Shown here in pieces: positions 22,328-30,684 of a DNA stretch of 32,000 nucleotides. The first letter of the stretch is position 1, and each line of letters opens with the position of its first letter. Origin of the DNA: Synechococcus sp. A15-28. GTDB taxonomy: Bacteria > Cyanobacteriota > Cyanobacteriia > PCC-6307 > Cyanobiaceae. Position numbers and translations under genes: made by a program. The notes under the pieces were generated by a model. The model did not search any database. It worked only from the letters and a program-made list of their open reading frames with translations, and had not been told where the DNA came from. The DNA lies in NCBI RefSeq assembly GCF_014280175.1, contig NZ_CP047931.1:1800001-1832000 (forward strand). The letters run 5' to 3'.

Positions 22328-22489
22328 ATGGCTGACCCTCTGACGGCCAACTCCATGCCCAAGGCCAATCCAGTGCCGTCGGAATCGACGGACCTTTCCG
22401 AGGAACGCATTCTTTGCCAGCACTGCCGGCGCACGGCCAGCAACGGCATCCGCTGCCTCGGCATGTGCGTGGCCGACAGCGACTACTGA
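22328..22489 (+). CDS. Small four-Cys (zinc-ribbon-like) protein, 53 aa, below the ORF-track cutoff
   Basis: My own translation gives MADPLTANSMPKANPVPSESTDLSEERILCQHCRRTASNGIRCLGMCVADSDY*. The Cys pattern is CxxC-x11-C-x3-C. The TGA stop overlaps the ATG of the next ORF (TGATG). Confidence 0.45.
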   Translation: MADPLTANSMPKANPVPSESTDLSEERILCQHCRRTASNGIRCLGMCVADSDY

Positions 22490-22971
22490 TGCTTCTGCCG
22501 CTCCTGCTGGTACTGATGAACGTCAACGTGGCCAGCAGTGACACTCCAGGTGACCAACGCTTCGGCCGATTCGACACGGGTCTGTCCGACTGTCGCATCA
22601 CCCATGCGCAGCGGTCCATGGGCTGTCAACGGCTGCAACTGATGCAAACCAGCTCCATCGGGCTGCGCATTCGCTTCTTCGGCGTCAGCACGAACGAACC
22701 GAACAGAACGGTTCAGCTGACCTTCGTGACGGGTCCCGGCTCCGGCGATCCGATTTTGAACTGTCAGAGCGGCCGCTGCCGGCTCGCCGCCACCACCTGG
22801 AGCGGACAGATCAGCAGCAGTTCCTGGGTGTCCTTTGATCAGCGCGGCCTGCCCATCGGTGTACCGACCAATCGCCCCTCCATCGGGCAGTGCACGATCA
22901 GCGATGGCCGCCTCAGCTGCCAAAGTCAATCCCGTGATGGACTGCAACTGAGCGTGGAGGCCAGGCTTTGA
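22489..22971 (+). CDS. Hypothetical secreted protein
   Basis: The internal ATG at 22489 gives MLLPLLLVLMNVNVASS..., a signal-peptide-like N-terminus. Several Cys residues are present in the mature part. The track ORF starts earlier, at 22414. Confidence 0.45.
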   Translation: MLLPLLLVLMNVNVASSDTPGDQRFGRFDTGLSDCRITHAQRSMGCQRLQLMQTSSIGLRIRFFGVSTNEPNRTVQLTFVTGPGSGDPILNCQSGRCRLAATTWSGQISSSSWVSFDQRGLPIGVPTNRPSIGQCTISDGRLSCQSQSRDGLQLSVEARL

Positions 22972-22982
22972 CAATCGATCGA

Positions 22983-23053
22983 AGGCGGCACCCAGATTCG
23001 AACTGGGGATAAAGGATTTGCAATCCTCTGCCTTACCACTTGGCCATGCCGCC
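22983..23053 (-). tRNA. tRNA-Cys (anticodon GCA)
   Basis: I folded the 71-nt minus-strand sequence GGCGGCATGGCCAAGTGGTAAGGCAGAGGATTGCAAATCCTTTATCCCCAGTTCGAATCTGGGTGCCGCCT by hand. It gives a 7-bp acceptor stem, a 3-bp D stem, the anticodon loop TTGCAAA (U33, GCA), a T arm CCCAG/TTCGAAT/CTGGG and discriminator U73. CCA is not encoded. Confidence 0.9.
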
Positions 23054-23107
23054 GATCGGGAACGGCCGTTCCCATCAGGCGATCGTATCAGCCACAACGG
23101 AGCCGGA

Positions 23108-24328
23108 TTGCTGGTGGTCTGCAACGGCCACGGGGAAGATTTTATCGCGCTGAGGGTGCTGGAACAAGTCCATGCCCAGTGCCCCGCCCTGAAGCTGGAA
23201 GTGCTTCCGCTTGTCGGTCAGGGGCGCGTGTTTGACAAGGCGATTGAGAACGGCTGGCTGCAACGGATCGGTCCGGCGGCCGCTCTCCCCAGTGGAGGGT
23301 TCAGCAACCAAAGCATCACCGGACTGCTGGCAGACCTCAAAGCCGGCCTCCCCTGGCTCAGCTGGCAGCAGTGGCGCTTGATCGGCCAGCGGGCTCGCGC
23401 CGGCCTGAGGCTGCTGGCAATCGGCGATCTCCTGCCCCTGCTGATGGTCTGGAGCAGTGGAGCCCGGTACGGGTTCATCGGCACACCGAAGAGCGACTAC
23501 ACCTGGCGCAGCGGCCCCGGACGGAGCCCCAGCGATCGCTACCACAGGCTCAAGGGCAGCGAATGGGATCCATGGGAATGGATGCTGATGCGTGCGGCCC
23601 GCTGCCGGCTGGTGGCCATGCGCGACGGACTGACCGCCCGCGGACTGCAACGTCATCGCATCAGAGCCCTGGCACCCGGCAACCCGATGATGGATGGCCT
23701 GGCTAAAGCTGCTGTTCCCGCCAGCCTCGGACGCTGCAGGCGGGTCCTGCTGCTGTGTGGAAGCCGTGTACCGGAAGCCGTTCGAAACTTCCGCCGGTTG
23801 CTGGACGGCGTCAGCAGGATGAAGGTCGACCAGCCGATTGCGGTTCTCGTTGCTATTGGCAGTCAACCCAGCCTGGATCAACTCGAAGCGATCCTTCGCG
23901 ATCAGCAGTTCCGCCGCGGCCTGCCTCCCTCCGACCAGCTCGATGCTGCGGCCTGCTGGGTGAGGGGAGCGCTGCTGGTGCTGATCGGCGTGAAATGTTT
24001 CCACACCTGGGCCGGCTGGGCGGAAGCTGGCGTCGCCACCGCCGGCACCGCCACGGAGCAACTGGTGGGACTGGGGATTCCGGCCCTGTCATTGCCGGGG
24101 GCAGGCCCGCAATTTCAATGGCCTTTCGCACGGCGGCAGAGCCGTCTGCTGGGGGGAGCCGTTCACCCCTGCGGCTCGCCGGAGGAGCTCCACCAACGGC
24201 TGCAGCAGCTGCTGGACAATCCGGAGCTGCGGGAGCATCTGGGCCGGATCGGCCAACGACGGATGGGGCCTCCAGGGGGGAGCGCCCGCCTCGCTGCGTT
24301 GATCCTGGAACGGCTGCACGGATACTGA
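23108..24328 (+). CDS. Lipid-A-disaccharide synthase-related (LpxB-like) glycosyltransferase-fold protein
   Basis: LLVVCNGHGEDFIALRVLEQV resembles, from memory, the N-terminus of the cyanobacterial LpxB-related family. The track ATG at 23018 lies inside the tRNA-Cys gene, so an in-frame TTG at 23108 or GTG at 23114 is the more likely start. Confidence 0.5.
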   Translation: MLVVCNGHGEDFIALRVLEQVHAQCPALKLEVLPLVGQGRVFDKAIENGWLQRIGPAAALPSGGFSNQSITGLLADLKAGLPWLSWQQWRLIGQRARAGLRLLAIGDLLPLLMVWSSGARYGFIGTPKSDYTWRSGPGRSPSDRYHRLKGSEWDPWEWMLMRAARCRLVAMRDGLTARGLQRHRIRALAPGNPMMDGLAKAAVPASLGRCRRVLLLCGSRVPEAVRNFRRLLDGVSRMKVDQPIAVLVAIGSQPSLDQLEAILRDQQFRRGLPPSDQLDAAACWVRGALLVLIGVKCFHTWAGWAEAGVATAGTATEQLVGLGIPALSLPGAGPQFQWPFARRQSRLLGGAVHPCGSPEELHQRLQQLLDNPELREHLGRIGQRRMGPPGGSARLAALILERLHGY

Positions 24329-24347
24329 AGGACCGCCGCTGGGAACC

Positions 24348-24605
24348 ATGGCTGCCATTCAGGACTCCGCATACGTCAAGCTCTGCGCCCAATTGGCCAG
24401 CCGACTCAGCATCAGCCTGGCCAGTGCCAGGCGCCAGGTGGATCAGGCGGCAGCTCGGGAGGGCAAGCGTGACCTGGAGGGACGACGGGCCATGGCCCAA
24501 TCCATGCTCGCTGCCCTCGAGAGCGATGACGAGGGCAGTGCCGACCGCTTGACCTCGCTGCTGAGTTCGAGCGAAGGAGACGGCAACTTCATTCTGGAGG
24601 ACTGA
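24348..24605 (+). CDS. Small hypothetical protein
   Basis: 85-aa ORF with an ATG start, 19 nt after the previous stop. The C-terminus is acidic. No family was recognised. Confidence 0.4.
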   Translation: MAAIQDSAYVKLCAQLASRLSISLASARRQVDQAAAREGKRDLEGRRAMAQSMLAALESDDEGSADRLTSLLSSSEGDGNFILED

Positions 24606-24613
24606 CTCTTTGC

Positions 24614-25264
24614 TCAGTGCTCGAAGGTCTGGTTGAAGCGCATCCGATCCAGATCCGCGATCACTGGAATGCACCCGAAGCAGCGCTTCGCCAGATCCCA
24701 GCGCCCCTCACGACGCAGCATGGCTTCCAGTTTCTGACGAGCCGGGAGCAGATAGCGCACGTCATTGGCGGCGTAGGCCAGCTGCACATCGCTGAGTTCA
24801 TCCACCCGGCCCCAGTCACTGCTCTGGGCCCCCTTGTCCAGCTCAACGCCGACCAGCTCCATCACCAGGTCTTTCAAGCCATGGCGAGGGGTGTAGGTCC
24901 GTCCGAGACGGCTGCCCACCTTGGTGCAGAAGATGGGGCTGACCGCAATGCCGAGTCCGCTGGCCAGCGCTGCCACATCGAATCGGGCGAAGTGGAAGAC
25001 CTTCTCCACGGAGCTGGCCTCCAGGAGCCGCTGCAGGTTCGGCGCTGATGTCTGACCAAGGCCGATCCGAACGCAGGAGACCCGATCGTCGGCATCAGCG
25101 ATCTGAACCAGGCAGAGGCGATCTCGACCATGGATCAGACCCATGGCCTCGGTGTCCACGGCAAGGGCGGGCATGCGCAGGTATCGCTCGGTCCATTCCG
25201 CATCCAGATCGCCATCGAAGACGGTGAATTCAGCGGGAGCGGGAAGCGGGTCGGCCATGGGCAA
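24614..25264 (-). CDS. rnd: RNase D-like 3'-5' exonuclease (DEDD family)
   Basis: 216 aa. LAVDTEAMGL...RLCLVQIA is the ExoI motif. A later FHFARFD and YAANDVRYL match the ExoII and ExoIII motifs. Confidence 0.8.
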   Translation of the reverse strand: MPMADPLPAPAEFTVFDGDLDAEWTERYLRMPALAVDTEAMGLIHGRDRLCLVQIADADDRVSCVRIGLGQTSAPNLQRLLEASSVEKVFHFARFDVAALASGLGIAVSPIFCTKVGSRLGRTYTPRHGLKDLVMELVGVELDKGAQSSDWGRVDELSDVQLAYAANDVRYLLPARQKLEAMLRREGRWDLAKRCFGCIPVIADLDRMRFNQTFEH

Positions 25265-25324
25265 TCGCAGTCATCCATTTCAGTGTGGCTGGCGGGGTCC
25301 CGAGGCGAGCCTGGCGAGAGGCCC

Positions 25325-25771
25325 ATGAAATTCCCTCTTGAATCTCAAAATGAGATCGCCTTTGATGGATTCAGTGCACCTGTTGCTGTGTTTTCCCGCC
25401 GCAAGCCGTCCAGAACCTGCTTGGCCGATATCGAGCAGTATTTCCGCCAGCCACCACCACAGTTCCTGGACCTGGAGCTGGCAGTGTGCTGGGTGCTCGA
25501 GTGCCTGCTGAAGGACGACAACTATCCCTCCGCGCTGCTGCAGAAACTGATGCGGGAGGAGCCCCAACTGCGCCTCTCGGAGACCGTGCTCCAGCAGGCC
25601 TTGGATTTCCTGGAGCAGCAGGGCTCCATCAGCACATACACCCAGCGCTGCCCCAGCCGTGGTCGCCCCCGCCGGATGCTGCACCTGATGCCGGAAGCCA
25701 GACATCAGGCTGAACAGCTGATGTCCCCATGGCACAGCTGGCTGGACTCTCACCGTCTGGTGTTGAACTGA
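25325..25771 (+). CDS. Putative PadR-like winged-helix transcriptional regulator
   Basis: The internal ATG at 25325 gives MKFPLES.... The pattern DNYPSALLQKL...LSETVLQQALDFLEQQGSISTY...GRPRRMLHL resembles the PadR helix-turn-helix and wing. This assignment is tentative. Confidence 0.45.
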   Translation: MKFPLESQNEIAFDGFSAPVAVFSRRKPSRTCLADIEQYFRQPPPQFLDLELAVCWVLECLLKDDNYPSALLQKLMREEPQLRLSETVLQQALDFLEQQGSISTYTQRCPSRGRPRRMLHLMPEARHQAEQLMSPWHSWLDSHRLVLN

Positions 25772-25816
25772 CGCAAGCAAAGACGGCTTAGAACAGTCCA
25801 ACCTGAGTGCTGGTTC

Positions 25817-26371
25817 ATGCCTGCGGGCTTTCAATCGACCCTGCTGCTGACCGTCCTGCTGGCGATTGGCCTGGTGTTTTTCCTGCGCGCCGCCAGCAAG
25901 GATCGAACCACCGTGGTGGATGTGCACTCCCCCAAGCCGGCCCTGGAGGTGCTGAGCGGCCTCAGCGAGTGGCTGGAGCAACGGGGCTGGAGCCGGAACG
26001 GAGGCGACGCTGAACGGCAGGTGCTGCGTTTCCAGGGGGCGGTGGCCTCCAGCCGCCCACTGGCTGTGCTGTTGTCCGTTCTGGCCGCCATCGGTGGCAC
26101 CTGTTTCGGCCTGGTGCTGCGCCAGCTGGCTCCCCAGCTCAGCTGGTGGCCGCTGCTGATGATCCTGCTGGGCCCTGTGGCCGGGGTTGTCTACAGCCGG
26201 CGGGCCGCCCGCACCGAAGCGCTGGAACTGCAATTGCTGCAGGAGCTTGAAAACGACGGCGTCACCGTTCGACTGCGTGCTCACCGCGATGAGTTGATCG
26301 CCATCGAGCTGGAACTGGCCGACACACTCGAACTCTCCAGTGACGGCTCGCTGCTCTCGTCTCCGATTTGA
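25817..26371 (+). CDS. Membrane protein, possibly of the CCB1 family (cofactor assembly of complex C)
   Basis: 184 aa with an N-terminal transmembrane helix followed by FFLRAASKDRTT, which from memory I associate with CCB1/DUF-type cyanobacterial proteins. Two further hydrophobic segments are present. Confidence 0.45.
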   Translation: MPAGFQSTLLLTVLLAIGLVFFLRAASKDRTTVVDVHSPKPALEVLSGLSEWLEQRGWSRNGGDAERQVLRFQGAVASSRPLAVLLSVLAAIGGTCFGLVLRQLAPQLSWWPLLMILLGPVAGVVYSRRAARTEALELQLLQELENDGVTVRLRAHRDELIAIELELADTLELSSDGSLLSSPI

Positions 26372-27174
26372 TCCGAAGCATGCCCTGGCACGACTGCAGT
26401 CACCAGCAACGCCTCGCCACACATCTCGGCCTCGGGGGGCTGGCGTTGACGCTGTTGCTGTGCCCCGCCACGACAGCCCAACAGGTCCAGAACGTTCCAG
26501 AAGCGCAATGCACTGCCACCGGCAACCCTGATCCCCTTTTGGGACCTCGCACCCGCATGCCGGGTCGCTGGGTCGGGCGGGGTGCGGTCAAGCCCGATCT
26601 CCCCATCGTGGTGATGGCCGGCCATGCCGATTCCCAGGGCATGGCCAGTGCCGGAACTCCGGGTTTCGCCGTGGACAAGCGGCGTCAAGCGCCGATGGAT
26701 CCCCGCATGCGGGACGAGCTGTACTGGAATCTGCAGGTGCAGAAGGCCGTGGTGCGGCTGGGGCAAGCCCGGGGGCTCAACATCAGCGCTTACACACCGC
26801 CGGCCCTCACCATCCGCAACGACGAGGACCCACGAACCAACTGGTCCCAGGCCAAGAAACGTTCAGCCCGCGGCGAGTACATCCTGGAAATCCACTTCGA
26901 CGCCTACCGGCCCCACGGCTTCGGATCAGGCTTGATCCCGGCAATCAATCGACCTCTCAATGCCGTGGACGAGAGCCTTGCCCAGGCCTTCGGTCGGTTC
27001 CCCCGCCTCTTCCGGGGCGGCCTCGGCGGTCCCCGTCGTGGCATCGGCATTCTCGAGATCGCGATGCTGGAGCCGCCGCTGGAGGACAAGCTGCGTGCCC
27101 CCAACACCCGCCCTCAGACCCTGAACTGCATCGCCGAGCGGGTGGTGAACGCCCTGGTTCAGGGGGTCAGTTGA
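26368..27174 (+). CDS. Putative secreted cell-wall amidase-like protein
   Basis: It has a signal-like N-terminus ([17 protein letters not shown]). [11 protein letters not shown] ... ILEIHFDAY loosely resembles the Amidase_3 metal-binding segments. The start overlaps the previous stop, and the 3' end overlaps hemF convergently by 8 nt. Confidence 0.4.
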   Translation: MIRSMPWHDCSHQQRLATHLGLGGLALTLLLCPATTAQQVQNVPEAQCTATGNPDPLLGPRTRMPGRWVGRGAVKPDLPIVVMAGHADSQGMASAGTPGFAVDKRRQAPMDPRMRDELYWNLQVQKAVVRLGQARGLNISAYTPPALTIRNDEDPRTNWSQAKKRSARGEYILEIHFDAYRPHGFGSGLIPAINRPLNAVDESLAQAFGRFPRLFRGGLGGPRRGIGILEIAMLEPPLEDKLRAPNTRPQTLNCIAERVVNALVQGVS

Positions 27175-28249
27175 TGGCGCCGTGGGGACGGCAGCGATCC
27201 TCCAGGGATGCATCCCCCAACCAGTCCTGGGGTTTGGTGAACAGCTCCGTCAGCAACGCCTCTCTGGAGCCCGCATCGGCCGTGTAGCCGTACTCCCAGC
27301 GCACCAGGGGCGGCAGTGACATCAGGATCGACTCGGTGCGCCCGTTGGTCTGAAGTCCGAAGATCGTGCCTCGGTCCCAGACCAGGTTGAACTCCACGTA
27401 ACGGCCGCGGCGATAGAGCTGGAACTGACGCTCGCGATCGCCGTAGGCCATGGGATGACGCTTCTCCACGATCGGCGCATAGGACGGCAGGAAAGCCCGG
27501 CCGTTGGCCTGACCGAGGGCGAACAGCTGTTCCCAGCCCAGGGGGCGCGCCCCCAGCTGTGCCGACACCCCGGCGGCTGGACCTGAGGGGTCCTGCCCCT
27601 TGTAGAGCACACCGCTGGAATCCTGATAGTCGTAGAAGATTCCACCGACGCCCCGGGTCTCTCCACGGTGCTTCAGGAAGAAGTACTCATCGCACCAGGG
27701 CTTGAACACCTTGTGCAGGTCTGGATGCACCGAATCGCAGGCCGCCTGATGGGTGCGATGAAAGTGGCGGGCATCCTCCAGAAAGGGGTAGTAGGGCGTG
27801 AGATCAGCCCCACCGCCGAACCACCACACCGGGCCGGCCTCGAAATAGCGGTAGTTGAGGTGAACCGTGGGGATGTATGGATTGCGCGGATGCAGCACCA
27901 TCGAGGTGCCGGTGGCGAACCAGGGATGCCCCTTGGCCTCAGGGCGCTGCTTGAGGATCGACGGTGGCAGCTCCTGGCCCTGCACTTCCGAGAAGTTGAC
28001 GCCGCCCTGCTCGAAGACCCGGCCCTCACGCATCACCCTGGACCGGCCACCACCACCCTCAGGCCGCTCCCAACTTTCTTCAACGAATCTCCCTTCCCCA
28101 TCGAGAGACTCGAGACCAGCGCAGATCTCGTCCTGCAACCCCATCACCATCGCCCGAGCGCGGGCCCGTGAATCCTCGGGTGGCAGCTCCAGTGCAGGTC
28201 CATGGCCCTGCGGGCGGCCAAGCAGGCGTCGAACCAGGGAGCGAACCAT
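27167..28249 (-). CDS. hemF: Oxygen-dependent coproporphyrinogen III oxidase
   Basis: HemF hallmarks are present ([23 protein letters not shown], and others). The likely start is the internal MVRSLV at 28249; the track start at 28336 would leave only 30 nt to the divergent mrp gene. Confidence 0.9.
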   Translation of the reverse strand: MVRSLVRRLLGRPQGHGPALELPPEDSRARARAMVMGLQDEICAGLESLDGEGRFVEESWERPEGGGGRSRVMREGRVFEQGGVNFSEVQGQELPPSILKQRPEAKGHPWFATGTSMVLHPRNPYIPTVHLNYRYFEAGPVWWFGGGADLTPYYPFLEDARHFHRTHQAACDSVHPDLHKVFKPWCDEYFFLKHRGETRGVGGIFYDYQDSSGVLYKGQDPSGPAAGVSAQLGARPLGWEQLFALGQANGRAFLPSYAPIVEKRHPMAYGDRERQFQLYRRGRYVEFNLVWDRGTIFGLQTNGRTESILMSLPPLVRWEYGYTADAGSREALLTELFTKPQDWLGDASLEDRCRPHGAIN

Positions 28250-28366
28250 GAAGCCAGACCAATCGATCGCTGAACCTAAACAGGCGAAGCCAGCCCAAGA
28301 CAACACTCCGTCAGGGACTGTCACGGGAGGACGCACCTAGGATCCAGCCCGCAGCAGCACAACCAG

Positions 28367-29443
28367 ATGGTTTCGGTCGAGCAGATCAACGGCGTTCTTG
28401 CTCAGATCCAGGATGCGGGCAGCGGTCGTGCCGTCACGGAACTCGGCTGGATTGACCAGATCCGCGTGGAGGGGGCCCGGGTGGTGTTCCGACTCGCCCT
28501 GCCTGGTTTTGCTCAGGGGCAGCGGGAACGGATTGCCGAGGAATCCCGACAGGCGTTGTTGAACTTGAACGGCATCGACGATATTCAGATCGAACTGGGC
28601 CAGGCCCCCAGCCAGGGGGGAATCGGTCAGGCAGGCCACGGACAACCGGCGGAGCGTCAGCCCATTCCAGGGGTGCGTCAGGTGATCGCCGTCAGCAGCG
28701 GCAAGGGCGGCGTCGGCAAGAGCACCGTGGCGGTGAATCTGGCCTGTGCCCTGGCGCAGCAAGGGCTGCGGGTGGGCCTTCTCGATGCCGACATCTACGG
28801 CCCGAATGCGCCGACGATGCTCGGGGTGGCTGATCGCACGCCAGAGGTGCACGGCAGTGGGGACAACCAGCAGATGGTGCCGATCGAGAGCTGTGGCATC
28901 GCCATGGTGTCCATGGGGTTGCTGATTGATGAGCACCAGCCGGTGATTTGGCGTGGTCCGATGCTGAACGGCATCATCCGTCAGTTCCTCTACCAGGCCG
29001 ATTGGGGTGAACGGGATGTTCTGGTGGTGGATCTCCCCCCCGGCACCGGAGACGCTCAGCTGTCCCTGGCGCAGGCCGTGCCCATGGCCGGCGTTGTCAT
29101 CGTGACCACACCGCAGCAGGTTTCCCTGCAGGACGCACGCCGCGGATTGGCCATGTTCCGGCAGCTGGGAATTCCTGTGCTCGGCGTCGCGGAGAACATG
29201 AGCGCCTTCATTCCGCCGGACCGCCCCGAGCAGCGCTATGCCCTGTTCGGCAGCGGTGGAGGTGCCACCCTCGCTGCGGACTATGACGTTCCGCTTCTGG
29301 CCCAGATCCCCATGGAGATGCCGGTACAGGAAGGCGGCGACAGCGGACGTCCCATCGTGATCAGCCGGCCGGACTCCACCAGTGCCCTGGAATTCCAGGG
29401 ACTGGCGCAACGGGTGCTGCAACAGGTCACCGCGACGGCCTGA
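28367..29443 (+). CDS. apbC: Mrp/ApbC/NBP35-family Fe-S cluster carrier ATPase
   Basis: 358 aa with an N-terminal DUF59-like segment, then the deviant Walker A motif VSSGKGGVGKST and the CxxC-less Mrp core (DLPPGTGD). Confidence 0.9.
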   Translation: MVSVEQINGVLAQIQDAGSGRAVTELGWIDQIRVEGARVVFRLALPGFAQGQRERIAEESRQALLNLNGIDDIQIELGQAPSQGGIGQAGHGQPAERQPIPGVRQVIAVSSGKGGVGKSTVAVNLACALAQQGLRVGLLDADIYGPNAPTMLGVADRTPEVHGSGDNQQMVPIESCGIAMVSMGLLIDEHQPVIWRGPMLNGIIRQFLYQADWGERDVLVVDLPPGTGDAQLSLAQAVPMAGVVIVTTPQQVSLQDARRGLAMFRQLGIPVLGVAENMSAFIPPDRPEQRYALFGSGGGATLAADYDVPLLAQIPMEMPVQEGGDSGRPIVISRPDSTSALEFQGLAQRVLQQVTATA

Positions 29444-29445
29444 CG

Positions 29446-30684
29446 ATGACGACAAGCCGCGGACGACGCCATCGATCCAGGGAATGGATCCTCTGGGGCG
29501 TTCCGCTGGCCATGGTGGCCATTGCCGGCGTGCTGATCGCCAGCACCCAGCGGCAGGCGGACTACGCCGATTGGTATCACCACTGGATCACGGCTGGGGG
29601 CGGAGCCTTGATCGCCCTGGCCCTGGCGCGTCTGCCACTGCAGCGGCTTCGGCCGCTGCTGATCCCGGTTTACGGCCTCACGGTTCTCAGCCTGGTCGCC
29701 GTGCGGCTGGTGGGCACCACAGCCCTGGGGGCACAGCGCTGGATCAGCATTGGTCCGGTCAATGTTCAGCCGTCCGAGTTCGCCAAGATCGCGGCCATCC
29801 TGCTGCTGGGCGCCGTTCTCGCCCGTCACCCGGTGGAGCGCCCCGTGGATCTGCTGCGGCCCCTGGGAGTGATTTCCATCCCCTGGCTGCTGGTGTTCAT
29901 CCAGCCGGACCTGGGCACATCACTGGTCTTCGGAGCCTTGATGCTCACGATGCTCTATTGGTCGGGCATGCCGATCGAGTGGGTGGTGCTGCTGCTGTCC
30001 CCCCTGGTGACGGCGCTGCTGTCGGGGCTGCTGCCCTGGGGCATGGCGGTCTGGATCCCGCTGATGGCAGCGCTGGCGTTCCGGAGCCTGCCCTGGAGCC
30101 GGATGGCCGCGGCCATCACCGTGGCCATTCATTCCGTGATGGCCGTGGTCACCCCCTGGCTGTGGATGAACGGTCTCAAGGACTATCAACGCGATCGCCT
30201 CGTGCTGTTCCTCGACCCGTCCCAGGACCCCCTCGGCGGTGGTTATCACCTGCTGCAGAGCAGCGTCGGCATCGGCTCCGGAAGGCTGTTCGGCACCGGC
30301 CTGCTGCAGGGTCAGCTGACCAAGCTGCGGTTCATCCCCGAACAGCACACGGACTTCATCTTCAGCGCCCTCGGCGAGGAAACCGGATTCATCGGCACGG
30401 TGCTGGTGGTGACGGGCTTCGCCTTGCTGATGATGCGCCTGCTGCAGGTGGCCCGCCATGCCCGCAGCGATTTCGAATCGCTGGTGGTCGTCGGCATCGG
30501 AACGATGGTGATGTTTCAGGTGGTGGTGAACATCTTCATGACCATCGGACTCGGTCCGATCACCGGCATTCCCCTGCCCTTCCTCAGCTACGGGCGCTCG
30601 GCGATGCTCGTCAACTTCATCTGTCTGGGCCTCTGCCTGTCGGTGGTGCGACAGAGCCGTGTCAGCTCGCTGGGTCGATGGTGA
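29446..30684 (+). CDS. rodA: FtsW/RodA/SpoVE (SEDS) family peptidoglycan polymerase, probably RodA
   Basis: 412 aa and polytopic. SEDS motifs are present (QPSEFAKI, IPEQHTDFIFSALGEE, GLGPITGIPLPFLSYGRS). It starts 2 nt after the mrp stop. Confidence 0.82.
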   Translation: MTTSRGRRHRSREWILWGVPLAMVAIAGVLIASTQRQADYADWYHHWITAGGGALIALALARLPLQRLRPLLIPVYGLTVLSLVAVRLVGTTALGAQRWISIGPVNVQPSEFAKIAAILLLGAVLARHPVERPVDLLRPLGVISIPWLLVFIQPDLGTSLVFGALMLTMLYWSGMPIEWVVLLLSPLVTALLSGLLPWGMAVWIPLMAALAFRSLPWSRMAAAITVAIHSVMAVVTPWLWMNGLKDYQRDRLVLFLDPSQDPLGGGYHLLQSSVGIGSGRLFGTGLLQGQLTKLRFIPEQHTDFIFSALGEETGFIGTVLVVTGFALLMMRLLQVARHARSDFESLVVVGIGTMVMFQVVVNIFMTIGLGPITGIPLPFLSYGRSAMLVNFICLGLCLSVVRQSRVSSLGRW

